In this document: positions 1 through 11,674 of the stretch, one piece after another
Layout: each line of letters begins with the position of its first letter
Position numbering within the stretch: the stretch's first letter is position 1
Origin: Candidatus Kapaibacterium sp.
GTDB lineage: Bacteria; Bacteroidota; Ignavibacteria; Kapaibacteriales; UBA2268
NCBI GenBank assembly: GCA_963665665.1
Contig: OY762428.1
Location: 1,856,001 to 1,920,000 of the forward strand
Length of the DNA: 64,000 nucleotides
Direction of reading: 5' to 3'
The notes under the pieces: generated by a model
Database searches by the model: none
What the model saw: the letters and a program-made list of their open reading frames with translations, nothing else
What the model was told of the DNA's origin: nothing
Translations under genes and position numbers: made by a program

Positions 1-458
1 GACTGGCCAAGTTGTTTCAACTGGTCGATAGCAGCAGGCCTGTGAACGTCGCAGGGAACGAGCAGAGGCTGACGGCCTTTCTTGCGCAGATTCCTGGCAA
101 GTTTGGCGCAGAATGTAGTTTTACCGGAACCCTGAAGGCCGGCGACAAGAACAACTGTAGGCGGCTGAGGCGAAAATTTTATCTCGCTCATCTTGCTGCC
201 CATAAGTTCCACGAGTTCCTCGTGAACTATTTTAACAATCAGCTGTTCAGGAAGCAATTTACCACGGACTTCCTGCCCGACTGCTTTGGCTTTAACATCT
301 TCAACAAATTTCCTGGCAACATGCAGGTTAACGTCAGCTTCAAGCAGTGCCCGCCTGATCTCGCGCATAGCCTCGGAAATATTTTCCTCGGAAATTGTCG
401 ATTGTCCTCTGAAGCGCTTTAACGCGCCTTCTAATTTCTCTTGTAGGTTCTCAAACAT
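1..458 (-). CDS. ffh: Signal recognition particle protein Ffh, N-terminal part (runs off the left edge)
   Basis: Not in the ORF track. Manual reverse translation from the ATG at 458 gives MFENLQEKLEGALKRFRGQSTISEENISEAMREIRRALLEADVN...GLQGSGKTT, the SRP54 N-domain motif and G1 motif. Confidence 0.95.
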   Translation of the reverse strand, partial: MFENLQEKLEGALKRFRGQSTISEENISEAMREIRRALLEADVNLHVARKFVEDVKAKAVGQEVRGKLLPEQLIVKIVHEELVELMGSKMSEIKFSPQPPTVVLVAGLQGSGKTTFCAKLARNLRKKGRQPLLVPCDVHRPAAIDQLKQLGQ

Positions 459-489
459 AATCCATCAACTACATAATTTTTCAGAACTA

Positions 490-497
490 CAAAGATA
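490..497 (-). promoter_or_regulatory. Bacteroidota-type -7 promoter box (TATCTTTG) for ffh
   Basis: Matches TAnnTTTG about 30 nt upstream of the ffh start. Confidence 0.5.
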
Positions 498-677
498 TAT
501 GTTTTAGTTGTTTTATGCAAAGGATTTATCAAAAAATTGAAAATAAATGGAATTTTGATCCCATTAAGGATAAATATCAGGATTACTCTGCCCTGAATAA
601 AAGTCTCTTTGCAGTTACAGGGCAAAATCTTAATGAATTTGAAGGTTTACATACAGGATGCAAATTATATACACAGC

Positions 678-1622
678 TTACATTTCTGTTAAAACTGTTA
701 TTAGAAGCAGATAGAAATAGATTGCAGGTGCAGTAAACAAAATACTGTCAAAACGGTCGAGTATTCCGCCGTGGCCCGGAAGTAATGAACTGCTGTCCTT
801 AACTCCTGCATCTCTCTTCAGCATGGATTCTGCCAAATCACCAACCTGGCCAAATGAACCTGCTATTGCTCCGCAAATAACCGAGTGGATTATTGGCATA
901 TCCGGAACTAGGAAATAGGTAACAGCAGTAAAACCGATAATTCCTCCGAAAAAACCGCCAATTGCACCTTCCCATGTTTTTTTAGGGCTGACACTTGGAA
1001 AAAGTTTATGCCTGCCAATTGCCCTGCCTGTAAAATAAGCTGCACTGTCGCAAACCCATACAGATACAAACATGGCAAGAATCAACCATGCTGCCTGAGT
1101 GTTTCTTGAAATAGCGTCGCCGCTTAGGAAATTAAAATCTGACAGGCCGTTTTCAAGCAGGATAGGAGATAAGGAATTGATCTCCCGAAGGCCTGTTAAA
1201 GTCAGCATCAGCAGTGATATATATATTACCCCGCTCAATGTTGTTGAAAAACCATGCATAGATTCGGCTTTACGACTGAACATCTGGGACAGCAAAGTAA
1301 TCAGCGAGAAAACGATAAATGTCATCAGTATCAACGTTACTGATATCCAGGGGTAGGAAGAAGAATAAAATTCGAAGAAAGAATACTGGATAATTGCCCC
1401 GGCAAATATCCCAATAATTTTATCAGGCCTGGAGCCTTTTTTTTCGGCCATGCTGTAATATTCCCACAATGCCATTGAAGAAAGCAGCATTACAGCAATT
1501 AAAAAAATATATCCGCCGGCATATATAATTGCGATAGCAGCCGGTATTCCTATAACTGCTACAATAATTCTTTTCCAGAGTTCACTCAATTTTTTACCTG
1601 TCATTTCATGTTTAACTACCAA
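678..1622 (-). CDS. cdsA: Phosphatidate cytidylyltransferase
   Basis: Multi-TM protein with SPKKTWEG and GDLAESMLKRDAGVKDSSSLLPGHGGILDRFDS signatures. The true start may be a few codons downstream. Confidence 0.93.
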   Translation of the reverse strand: MVVKHEMTGKKLSELWKRIIVAVIGIPAAIAIIYAGGYIFLIAVMLLSSMALWEYYSMAEKKGSRPDKIIGIFAGAIIQYSFFEFYSSSYPWISVTLILMTFIVFSLITLLSQMFSRKAESMHGFSTTLSGVIYISLLMLTLTGLREINSLSPILLENGLSDFNFLSGDAISRNTQAAWLILAMFVSVWVCDSAAYFTGRAIGRHKLFPSVSPKKTWEGAIGGFFGGIIGFTAVTYFLVPDMPIIHSVICGAIAGSFGQVGDLAESMLKRDAGVKDSSSLLPGHGGILDRFDSILFTAPAIYFYLLLITVLTEM

Positions 1623-1803
1623 ACTGCAAGATTACGAAAAAGGCGGTAAATAATCAAAAATGAGTTAAAGTATGATTTTGGGTAATCATAATCTGCTTGC
1701 TATGATACTTATAATATCATCAAATAATTTAAAATCCCGGCTTTATTAATCAGCGGGCAGGCTTTCAGATTTTCAATCCTATCCTGTTTTTTCCAGTAAT
1801 TAT

Positions 1804-2550
1804 TTAAAACCTTACGCCAATACCAATCCTGAAAGAGAAATTATCAGTTCTTGAATTATACTTATCAAATTTTACTTCTCCATCATAATAATCTAACGAG
1901 CCGCTTTTAAGGTATTCTGCTTTCCCGCCAAATAAATACCTGGCGTTAACATCAAGATATAATCCTCCGGCTAAATCTTCCGGGCTGATAAGAGGAATCA
2001 TCACTCCTCCGCCAAGGCCAATATTAGACGCGAAATCATCAAGTTCCACGTTGGAGTCATCTTCAATTTCATCATCGTCAAAATCAAGGCTTGTATCAGT
2101 AAAAAGATAGTTAAACCCTGCAATAAACTCAATATAAGGCTGAAAAGAACTTGAAGGCGGCTGCATTCTGATAATAAGGTTTGCCGAGAGGAAATTATAC
2201 CATGTGGAAACATCAAGCCCGCTGCCGTAATACTGGTAAATTAGGGCATCGTTCCAGTCGTCAGAGCCAAAAGTTGAATATTTGAAATCAACGCCAACAT
2301 ACAGGTTGTCCGGTACAACAGCCCCCATAATATTTGCGCCAATGCCTATTGCCAGGTTATTACCTCCGGGTTCGTACTTAGCTCTCGGCGCAATAAAATC
2401 CAGGCCAAGCCCGATAATCATATAACTTTCATTTGCATCAACATGGCTTATTTCTACCTGATTTTTTTCTTCAGCCCGATGTTTCTGTGCGTGAGAACTA
2501 ATAGTAAACATGGTGAAAATTATGATAACAATTTGTATTCTTTTTTTCAT
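1804..2550 (-). CDS. Outer-membrane beta-barrel protein
   Basis: Signal peptide, alternating amphipathic strands and C-terminal FRIGIGVRF ending in Phe. Confidence 0.7.
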   Translation of the reverse strand: MKKRIQIVIIIFTMFTISSHAQKHRAEEKNQVEISHVDANESYMIIGLGLDFIAPRAKYEPGGNNLAIGIGANIMGAVVPDNLYVGVDFKYSTFGSDDWNDALIYQYYGSGLDVSTWYNFLSANLIIRMQPPSSSFQPYIEFIAGFNYLFTDTSLDFDDDEIEDDSNVELDDFASNIGLGGGVMIPLISPEDLAGGLYLDVNARYLFGGKAEYLKSGSLDYYDGEVKFDKYNSRTDNFSFRIGIGVRF

Positions 2551-2821
2551 TTAATACTCCGTCTTTCATTTATCAACTCTTTACCAATATTACGAAATGT
2601 AATATCAGCAGTTTCAGATGCTATATATGATTTTATTTACTATCCTGATATAAAAATATAAAAACAAATTTGATTATCAATAAATAAAAGAATTATTCAA
2701 AACATCGGGATCCCAAAAAATGCAAATGTTAAATTGTTTTCATAAAAACTTAAAAAATCATGTAATTTTATCAAATAATTGTTTATATTGAAAAAAAATA
2801 CCCTTAGTATCGGAGGCTGAA

Positions 2822-5800
2822 ATGGAAAGATCTAAATATATACCTTTTATAATAGTAATGATAATTTCTTTTACGGGAGATATCTTCTGTCAAAAGGAAG
2901 CGGAAGTTGAGAATCAGTATAAAACCTGGTTCTGGAAAAGTTCGCTTACACCGGAAGAATACATGCATGAATTCCGTTATGTTCAGGATAATATTCCTGA
3001 ATTCAGCCATAAACCCGGAACCGATGCCATGCAATCAGTCGGCAAATGGTATCCTGCCGGGCCTGTGCATGTTAAAAATCCAAATAACAGCAAAATTGTA
3101 TATCACGGCAGGATAAGATGTACAAAGTGGCATTATACCCAGGAGGATGGCTGGGAACTATATCTTGGAAGCAGTAGCGGCGGCCTGTGGTATGGAAATA
3201 CTGTTCTGCTGATACGTAACTGGCAGCAAATAGGGGAAAACCTTCCCAATCCTTCGGTTTCCGCAATTGAAATGAGAAATAACAACAAAGACATGATATT
3301 TGTAGGAACCGGTGACTGGGGGCGATTCTCCGGGGCAGGCCTGTTCAGAACAACCGACAGAGGCAAGACATGGAATAATATTCCTTTGCATGATGAAAAT
3401 GGAAATGAAGTAATCCCTGATGCAATAACCGATTTGTTTTATGTTCCGGGTACTGTGATGAAGGATATGTACCTTTCGTCAACATCCGGATTCTTCAAAT
3501 CAACTGATGGCGGCACAAGCTGGCGCAGAAAAGAGATCAAACCCGGCAGCCCGGGGCAGGCAATCTTCGATATGGTTTCCCACCCCACCGACGGACAAAT
3601 TGTTTATACAGCTTTGCCTAAGAACGGTATTTATAAATCAACTGACGGTGGCGAAAACTGGAATAAAAGCTATATTGGAATGATGCTCCATAGTGAAAAC
3701 AGCGGTTCAACACTTGCTTTGGCTATTAGCAAATCCAAGCCCGACAAACTTTACGCAGCAGTGCCGAATAAAGACAACAGCGGAGCAGGAATTTATAAAT
3801 CAACTAACGCAGGCGGCAGCTGGCAATATATGTCTTCACCGCAATATATGTACAACGGCCAGGGTTTTCATACAAATGTAATCTCTGTTGATCCCGAGAA
3901 CTCCAACATTGTATATGCCGGTTCTGTGGGCTCGATCAGGACTACCGACGGCGGAGCAAACTGGAGCACTTTTGATGCCGGCCATTGCGACCTTACTTCT
4001 TTCGACTACAACCCCGACAATCCCGCCACTGTAATCGTAGGCAGCGACGGCGGTATTTACCGTTACAACCGCAATGATGACGAAACATTGAATTTTAATG
4101 AATTCTTTTCCCCAAATGCTCCGATACAGGCTTATGAAATGGACGCAGTTAATGCCGAACCGGCATTCCTTGTGGCAGGAACCCAGGATAACGGAACCAT
4201 GCTTACTCTTAACGGTAGTTCCCGAAGTGATTGGGAAACTATAAGCGGATGCGACGGTGGGGACAATGTGAATATCAATCCTGATAATCCGAATATTCTT
4301 TATTATAATTCATGGTGCGGTGAGGATAACCCCAGATTCTATTCTAACGATAAAGGCACAAACGTTACTAATATTTCAAACGGACTGGGTGAACTTTATT
4401 ATACACCTATAAGGATCAATGAAGCTAACCCGAACTATGTTTTTACTGTTGATGGTTCTAATCTCTACTACACAACAAACCACGGGACTACTTGGAAAAG
4501 AGCCACCACTGCCGGGAAAGATTTTGCTTCAACAGAAAGGCAAAGAGCAATAGCCGTCAGCAGGTCTCCTTCAGGCCAGGAAGTAATCGTTTATGTCATT
4601 TTCTGGTATAGCAGCGACGATCCTTCTGATTGTGAAAAAGTTAAAATATTTAAGGGTCAGCCCGGCTCGATGACGAGCAGTGATGCACAGTTTACACTGG
4701 GTTACCGTCCGCACAGAGTTATAGCAGACAGGATAGAAAGGCAGAAAGTATATGTAATCGGCGGCCTGAGCCCGTACAGAATCCAGATGAGCACCAATAG
4801 CGGACAGACCTGGCGGGATATTTCAGGTAATCTCCCGGTTGTTCGAAGATATGATATTGAACGCGGCAGAAATAGTGCCAATGAACTATACGTGGGAACT
4901 GATCTCGGAGTATTTAAAACAACCGACGGTGGCACAAACTGGTACAAATTCCAGAGGGGGCTGCCTACGGTTCCGGTTATGGCCATGTCCTACCTGAACG
5001 GCTCACATTCGGACACTCTGAAAATAGCAACCTTCGGGCAGGGCTTCTGGTACAGGCAGCTCGGTATTGACGATCCTGAATTTGAACTCAGTGAGTACAG
5101 TTTCGGACTTAATAAAATATCTACAGTTTATAACATGCTCTCAAAAACTTATCAATTGATAATTGCCGGCGGTAAAGGAAAAATGCTTTATTCCGATGAT
5201 ATTTGCGAAACAATTTCTGAATCAGTCAATGAAGAAACATCATATTATTCCTGTCAGTTGATTCCTAACGGATTCAGCCCTGCCAAAACAGCCATTCTTT
5301 CAGGTAAATCAGGAGCAATTGCAAGAACAACAAATCTTGGCAAAAGCTGGACAGCTGTTAATTCCAATGCTACCGGCGATATTTATGATATGGCTTATTA
5401 TGATGCTACATGCTATGCGGCCAGCTACTACGGAGAATTTTTAAAATCAACTAACGAGGGAGCCGGCTGGGTAAAAACCTTCCATGATAGTGATTTCAGG
5501 ATAAAAGATATTTTTGTTCGTGCTGAAATATTCCTTGCCGGAGGAACAGCTAAAACAAATTCCTGGCATCCGGCATTGAAATATAGTTCAAATAAGGGTA
5601 TAAGCTGGATTGATGCATCTCTTCCGGAACCGATAAAAAGCGGCTGGGGCAGAGTAAATTCAATTATCCAACCGGCAATCGGTACATATTATGCTTTCGG
5701 GGAATTTGCTCCCTCCGGTAGCAGCACATTCAAAGGCTTTATGCTTAAAAGTATAAATAACGGGGAATCCTGGACGATTGTAAATACTAATATTGCCGAC

Positions 5801-6295
5801 AGGGTGTATTCATCTGTATTTATTGATAAATATAACGGGTTTGTCTGCGGTATTGACGGTTTTGTTGCACAAACATCAAATTCAGGCCAGACATGGAAAA
5901 AACTAAACTCCGGTACTGACAATAACCTAAATTATACACTTTACCTGGACGGCACATTGCTTATAGCCGGGGATAACGTTCTTCTCAGAAAATATTTTGG
6001 AATAACATCGGCAGAAAAATATGAGGCTAATTCTGAATCATTGCTGGAACAGAATAGTCCCAACCCTGTTAAAAACGAAACAATGATTAAATACACGCTC
6101 GTCAATTCCGGAAAAGTCCGGCTTGAACTTGCCAGTTTAAACGGAGTTAAAGTAAAAACACTTTTCACAGGTTACCAGGCCGCCGGCAGGTACGAGATCA
6201 ATATCGATATGGCAGGGTTGCCTGCGGGGATATATTTCTATTCATTGTCTACAGCTTCAGGATATTGCCGGAGGCAATTAGTTTACATTCCATGA
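2822..6295 (+). CDS. Secreted BNR/Asp-box (sortilin/YCF48-like) beta-propeller protein with T9SS type-A C-terminal domain
   Basis: Many S/T-x-D/N-G-G-x-T/S-W Asp-boxes, a GTQDNG motif, and a C-terminal QNSPNP...LPAGIYFY tail. Confidence 0.8.
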   Translation: MERSKYIPFIIVMIISFTGDIFCQKEAEVENQYKTWFWKSSLTPEEYMHEFRYVQDNIPEFSHKPGTDAMQSVGKWYPAGPVHVKNPNNSKIVYHGRIRCTKWHYTQEDGWELYLGSSSGGLWYGNTVLLIRNWQQIGENLPNPSVSAIEMRNNNKDMIFVGTGDWGRFSGAGLFRTTDRGKTWNNIPLHDENGNEVIPDAITDLFYVPGTVMKDMYLSSTSGFFKSTDGGTSWRRKEIKPGSPGQAIFDMVSHPTDGQIVYTALPKNGIYKSTDGGENWNKSYIGMMLHSENSGSTLALAISKSKPDKLYAAVPNKDNSGAGIYKSTNAGGSWQYMSSPQYMYNGQGFHTNVISVDPENSNIVYAGSVGSIRTTDGGANWSTFDAGHCDLTSFDYNPDNPATVIVGSDGGIYRYNRNDDETLNFNEFFSPNAPIQAYEMDAVNAEPAFLVAGTQDNGTMLTLNGSSRSDWETISGCDGGDNVNINPDNPNILYYNSWCGEDNPRFYSNDKGTNVTNISNGLGELYYTPIRINEANPNYVFTVDGSNLYYTTNHGTTWKRATTAGKDFASTERQRAIAVSRSPSGQEVIVYVIFWYSSDDPSDCEKVKIFKGQPGSMTSSDAQFTLGYRPHRVIADRIERQKVYVIGGLSPYRIQMSTNSGQTWRDISGNLPVVRRYDIERGRNSANELYVGTDLGVFKTTDGGTNWYKFQRGLPTVPVMAMSYLNGSHSDTLKIATFGQGFWYRQLGIDDPEFELSEYSFGLNKISTVYNMLSKTYQLIIAGGKGKMLYSDDICETISESVNEETSYYSCQLIPNGFSPAKTAILSGKSGAIARTTNLGKSWTAVNSNATGDIYDMAYYDATCYAASYYGEFLKSTNEGAGWVKTFHDSDFRIKDIFVRAEIFLAGGTAKTNSWHPALKYSSNKGISWIDASLPEPIKSGWGRVNSIIQPAIGTYYAFGEFAPSGSSTFKGFMLKSINNGESWTIVNTNIADRVYSSVFIDKYNGFVCGIDGFVAQTSNSGQTWKKLNSGTDNNLNYTLYLDGTLLIAGDNVLLRKYFGITSAEKYEANSESLLEQNSPNPVKNETMIKYTLVNSGKVRLELASLNGVKVKTLFTGYQAAGRYEINIDMAGLPAGIYFYSLSTASGYCRRQLVYIP

Positions 6296-6304
6296 TAATT
6301 TTAA

Positions 6305-6312
6305 TATCTTTG
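6305..6312 (+). promoter_or_regulatory. -7 promoter box (TATCTTTG) upstream of the Cys-rich peptide gene
   Basis: TAnnTTTG match 75 nt upstream of the ATG at 6387. Confidence 0.4.
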
Positions 6313-6386
6313 TTGTTTGAATTTAACTTAATATGATAGTTTCTCTTTTGTAAAAAGTTTTAAGTCAAAAATTTAAATGAAAGCAA

Positions 6387-6644
6387 ATGAAATATTCAAA
6401 ACTTAAACTTATTGATATCAATATTGATAGTACTGAAGCAGTATGCGATTCCGGTAGCGGCGCGTCCGGCGATGGATGTATTAATGGCCCCAGTGTTGGT
6501 GCTGCTTGTGGCAATGGCAGCAACCCCGGTATAGGGATATCCTGTTGGGACGGTTCAAGTGCCGGTTGGTGCGGTTATGGCAATGCTCCTAATACAGGAA
6601 CATCATCTCGTTGTGAAACAGGAACAGGCGTTGTTAATCCATAG
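6387..6644 (+). CDS. Small Gly/Ser/Cys-rich peptide with six CxxG motifs; possible RiPP precursor (ScmA-like)
   Basis: Leader MKYSKLKLIDI followed by CDSG, CING, CGNG, CWDG, CGYG and CETG. The ORF is GC-richer than its flanks. Confidence 0.6.
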   Translation: MKYSKLKLIDINIDSTEAVCDSGSGASGDGCINGPSVGAACGNGSNPGIGISCWDGSSAGWCGYGNAPNTGTSSRCETGTGVVNP

Positions 6645-7152
6645 TTTTATGGGGAAATGTATATTACAAAAGTCACTGCTCTGCAAATATAATATTATTA
6701 TCCATTAACCATATCTAATATATTTTTCCTTTGTGCTAAGTAGTTACTTTTAAAATATCTTTAAAATAAATAGTTTAGTTTGATATACTCAAAAAACAGT
6801 TTCTTCCGATTATTGTAATAGGCAACCTGAAAGACCATTAATCCTGGTACTTTGCAACACTTTTAAAATAATTTTCCAAATACTTCATTTTTAATTGTAA
6901 TGAAGTATTGTCAACATATTGATTTACGAGCGTTCCTGTAACTTATTGATTTTAGTTCAATGGTCAGGATTCACGAAAATTATTTTTCAATAATTAATGA
7001 ATATATTTTATCATATAAGCGAATATACATTAAGTACTCATTTCCAAGTTATGCCTTATACTTACTATAAATATCAAGAAGTTCCATAGCCCCAAAATCA
7101 ATTCATTATTAATCGAATTTATATTTGCAATTTTCCATTTCTATATTTTTCA

Positions 7153-7184
7153 TTTGGTTAGCTCGAAAAGATTGTTTAGATTTG
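7153..7184 (+). promoter_or_regulatory. -33/-7 promoter (TTTG-N20-TAGATTTG) for tpl
   Basis: TTTG at 7153-7156 and TAGATTTG at 7177-7184 fit the Bacteroidota sigma-A consensus and spacing. Confidence 0.5.
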
Positions 7185-7285
7185 TACTCTCTGATTAAAG
7201 CCGTGAAAAATATTGCGGCTTTATAAGGAAAAACAGATATTTAAAGCTTCGATTACAACAATTATCGAAATTTATATCGAAATAA

Positions 7286-8713
<1,428 letters not shown>

Positions 8714-8743
8714 GATTTTCCTTCGGGAATTCAATTATTAAAA

Positions 8744-8774
8744 ACAAGAGCCTCCGACATTCGGGGGCTTTTGT
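8744..8774. terminator. Bidirectional intrinsic terminator
   Basis: ACAAGAGCCTCCGA-CAT-TCGGGGGCTTTTGT lies between convergent genes. Confidence 0.75.
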
Positions 8775-8832
8775 GATTTTTAAGGATAAATTATATCAAA
8801 AGAATCACTATCCAGCCGGATAAAAACAAAAA

Positions 8833-9501
8833 TCATTTCTCAGATTTTTTTTCCTTCATCGAAAGCAGCATCCCGTCTCCGACAGGAAGGAATGTATGTG
8901 TAAATTCCTTTTGTTTAAGTACGTATTTATTATATTCCCTTATAGCGTTTACTTCCACCATTCGGTCCGGCACATCCTCGGCAAGTCGTCCGTAAGCAAA
9001 AGCATTATCAGCAATTATAACTCCTCCTGCTGTTAAATGATTCCTTGCCAGGTTGAAATAATCCATGTATTCCTTTTTATCGGCATCCAAGAAAACAAAA
9101 TCAAAATCAGGGCCGGAGTACTCTTTCAGGAAATCAATCCCGGATCTATTCACAACTTTTATTTTCTCTTCCAGTCCTGCTGCCCTAACCTTCTTAATTA
9201 TAAACCAGGCGTATTCTTCATTGTACTCTACTGCTGTCAGCCTTCCGCCGTCACTCAGCGCACTTGCCATAGAAACTGCGGAATAACCGCCAAGTGAACC
9301 AATTTCAACTACATTATTTGCATTCATCAGTTTAATCAGGAATTGCAATACATTTGCCTGAAGTGGCGAAATATTTATTTCAGGCATAGCTTCTTCAATG
9401 GAATCTTTCCTGAGATTTTTCAGGAATTGGTCTTCAACGCCAAAATTATTATAAAGCCATGATTGCAGGCCGGGGGTTAACAGAATTTCTCCAACAGACA
9501 T
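8833..9501 (-). CDS. O-methyltransferase (Methyltransf_3 / COMT-like)
   Basis: VVEIGSLGGYS, FDFVFLDADK and GGVIIADN motifs. Confidence 0.88.
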   Translation of the reverse strand: MSVGEILLTPGLQSWLYNNFGVEDQFLKNLRKDSIEEAMPEINISPLQANVLQFLIKLMNANNVVEIGSLGGYSAVSMASALSDGGRLTAVEYNEEYAWFIIKKVRAAGLEEKIKVVNRSGIDFLKEYSGPDFDFVFLDADKKEYMDYFNLARNHLTAGGVIIADNAFAYGRLAEDVPDRMVEVNAIREYNKYVLKQKEFTHTFLPVGDGMLLSMKEKKSEK

Positions 9502-9544
9502 ATTTCGCTCTTATTGTTTTCTAATTTTATTTTGAGATTAAATA

Positions 9545-10021
9545 TCATATCCTGAACTTACGGCGAATCTCCCGATCGGTTTCTTTTTTCTTATTGCTTT
9601 CGCGTTTGTCATATTTTCTTTTTGGCTTAGCCAACCCAAGTTCCACCTTTACATAAGGGCCGGAAAAATATATACTAAGAGGAATAATTGTCATCCCTTT
9701 TTCGGCAACCTGGGCTTTCAGTTTGCGAATTTCCCTGAGGTTCAGAAGCAGTTTGCGTGGGCGTTTGGGTTCATGGTTATACCTGTTACCATGGTCATAC
9801 TGGTTGATATGCAGGTTGAAAATATATATTTCCTCGTCATTTTTATACTGAAATCCTGCGTAAGCATCCTGTAGACTGACCTTTCCGTTTCGTAAAGATT
9901 TAACTTCAGTGCCCTGAAGAACAATACCGGCCTCGTAAACCTGGGCAATGATATAGTCATGATAAGCACGCCTGTTCTTGGATATTAACCTGATTTCCCG
10001 TTCTTTATAATCTTCAACCAT
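9545..10021 (-). CDS. smpB: SsrA-binding protein SmpB
   Basis: NRRAYHDY, EAGIVLQGTEVKSLR, RKLLL and KRKYDKRE motifs. Confidence 0.97.
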   Translation of the reverse strand: MVEDYKEREIRLISKNRRAYHDYIIAQVYEAGIVLQGTEVKSLRNGKVSLQDAYAGFQYKNDEEIYIFNLHINQYDHGNRYNHEPKRPRKLLLNLREIRKLKAQVAEKGMTIIPLSIYFSGPYVKVELGLAKPKRKYDKRESNKKKETDREIRRKFRI

Positions 10022-10059
10022 TTTTTCTGCCTGTAACTACTAATATATTCCAAAGTCTG

Positions 10060-10067
10060 CAAATATA
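10060..10067 (-). promoter_or_regulatory. -7 promoter box (TATATTTG) for smpB
   Basis: TAnnTTTG match about 40 nt upstream of the start. Confidence 0.5.
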
Positions 10068-10413
10068 GCAATAATTAGGGGAAAATCTGATTATCATAAT
10101 TTTTAACATCAAAGTTACCTTTTATTTCGAGGCAACATGTATTGTAAGAAACGGGAAATGTACGGCCATTAAATCGCCTATGGTACATTCATTAAAAATA
10201 TCTGGTAAAAAGAACAGCTCCTTCAGAAATACAATGGATCACATTCAATATACTTAATGCAAACAAGCCCGTACATCTCCAGAACAAAAGCTTATTTGTT
10301 ATGGGAAATTGCTTTAACAGGCAGGAAATTTATTCATGGGTCGGGCTTAATACTAAGAATATATCAGTGTACTTCAAATTAATAACAATAGAATGAGTAT
10401 ATATCCTATTAAC

Positions 10414-10653
10414 GATACTACTCAATATAAAGAAAAAATATATTAGATTTTTAAAATACCCAAAAATGTCACTTTGAACTAAGTGAAGAGTCTATTCTTC
10501 ATGAATTTATCATAAAAATAAGTGAATTTTTCAGTCGCAAGCTGCGAAAGCCTGCCACTGCCTGTACCGATTTATCGGTGACAAGTCAGGGAAAGACAAT
10601 TTTGCAATTATTCTTTTCAAAGCAGAATAATATCATTTTTGCTGAGTAGTAAC
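10414..10653. mobile_element. MITE copy 1 (TIR G(A/T)TACTACTCA... / ...GCTGAGTAGTAAC) with 8-bp target-site duplication CTATTAAC
   Basis: Colinear with 58321-58521. CTATTAAC occurs at 10406-10413 and 10654-10661. No ORF inside. Confidence 0.75.
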
Positions 10654-10824
10654 CTATTAACTAATAAGCTATTTTATATTGTGCTATGGGAAATTATCAT
10701 TATAACATCCCCGTCCTGATCCTCCCGGGGGAGTATCAGGACAAAGCCGAATATGGTAGCTCAATAATCAGAACCGCAAGGTCAGAAATTGAGTTGGTTG
10801 CGGATTCTTAAAATTGATGTTGTT

Positions 10825-11475
10825 TCATTTTGCAATATGATAATCCAGCAAATCCATTGTTGTAATTTTTTCATAATTTCCCCTGTCGAAATTCCCTTTT
10901 ATTCTAACCAGGCCTATACCTTCGGCAAAATAATACTTGGCGTTCCAGACTTGCAACTCAGTTCCGTCCTTTGTTTGATAAAAATGATTGGCTAAAAGGC
11001 AATTGAAATTTCCGGCATCAAGTTCAACATTAACATTTTCCTGAATTCTGATTTTATAATCAACAGTGTCTTTGTATTCTTCGTTGTTTCCCCAAACCAA
11101 TACTATGTTTTCCTGAATTGTATATACCTTGCCGTCGGCCCATGGATAAGGAATCACTTTGATATAACTGCCAGGATCAAAATAATAGCCGTCTTCTTTT
11201 TGATAATGCTTCATTGTATTATTGGTGGAAAAATAATTTTGAGTAATATAATAGGCTTCATATCCCTCCCCGATCTTATCAAGAACTTCGATCGTAACAG
11301 TATCTTCGTCACTAAATTCGGTACAATAAACTCTATAAGTATGGTAGGTTCCTATAGTAGACGGAATATCAAACATTTCGTTGCCAGACTGACTGACAGG
11401 ATCGTCATCGCTGCAGGAAAAAAAAGAAACAGCCAATAATAAAAATAGAAAAACAGATTTCTTAACGCTCAACAT
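10825..11475 (-). CDS. Hypothetical lipoprotein
   Basis: Lipobox FFSC followed by SDDD; C-terminal YFAEGIGLV strand motif. Confidence 0.7.
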   Translation of the reverse strand: MLSVKKSVFLFLLLAVSFFSCSDDDPVSQSGNEMFDIPSTIGTYHTYRVYCTEFSDEDTVTIEVLDKIGEGYEAYYITQNYFSTNNTMKHYQKEDGYYFDPGSYIKVIPYPWADGKVYTIQENIVLVWGNNEEYKDTVDYKIRIQENVNVELDAGNFNCLLANHFYQTKDGTELQVWNAKYYFAEGIGLVRIKGNFDRGNYEKITTMDLLDYHIAK

Positions 11476-11621
11476 TTTACACCTCTGAAAAATAATAACA
11501 AAAGATTATTATGTTTATTGAATTGTAAAACTAATATTATTATTCAGAAAAACCAAATATCTGAATTGTTTTGTATTTAGCCCTTGTTGATTTTGTATTA
11601 GTTCGAGCTGTATAAAAATAT

Positions 11622-11651
11622 AAAAGCCCGTATTTTTAACAAAAACGGGCT
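11622..11651 (-). terminator. Probable intrinsic terminator after the glutathione peroxidase gene
   Basis: AGCCCGT...ACGGGCT stem with a U-tract on the minus strand. Confidence 0.5.
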
Positions 11652-11674
11652 GATTTTTAAATTTAAAATTTTTT

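Noticed and set aside
12-422. Plus-strand 136-aa ORF
   Set aside because: Antisense shadow of ffh.
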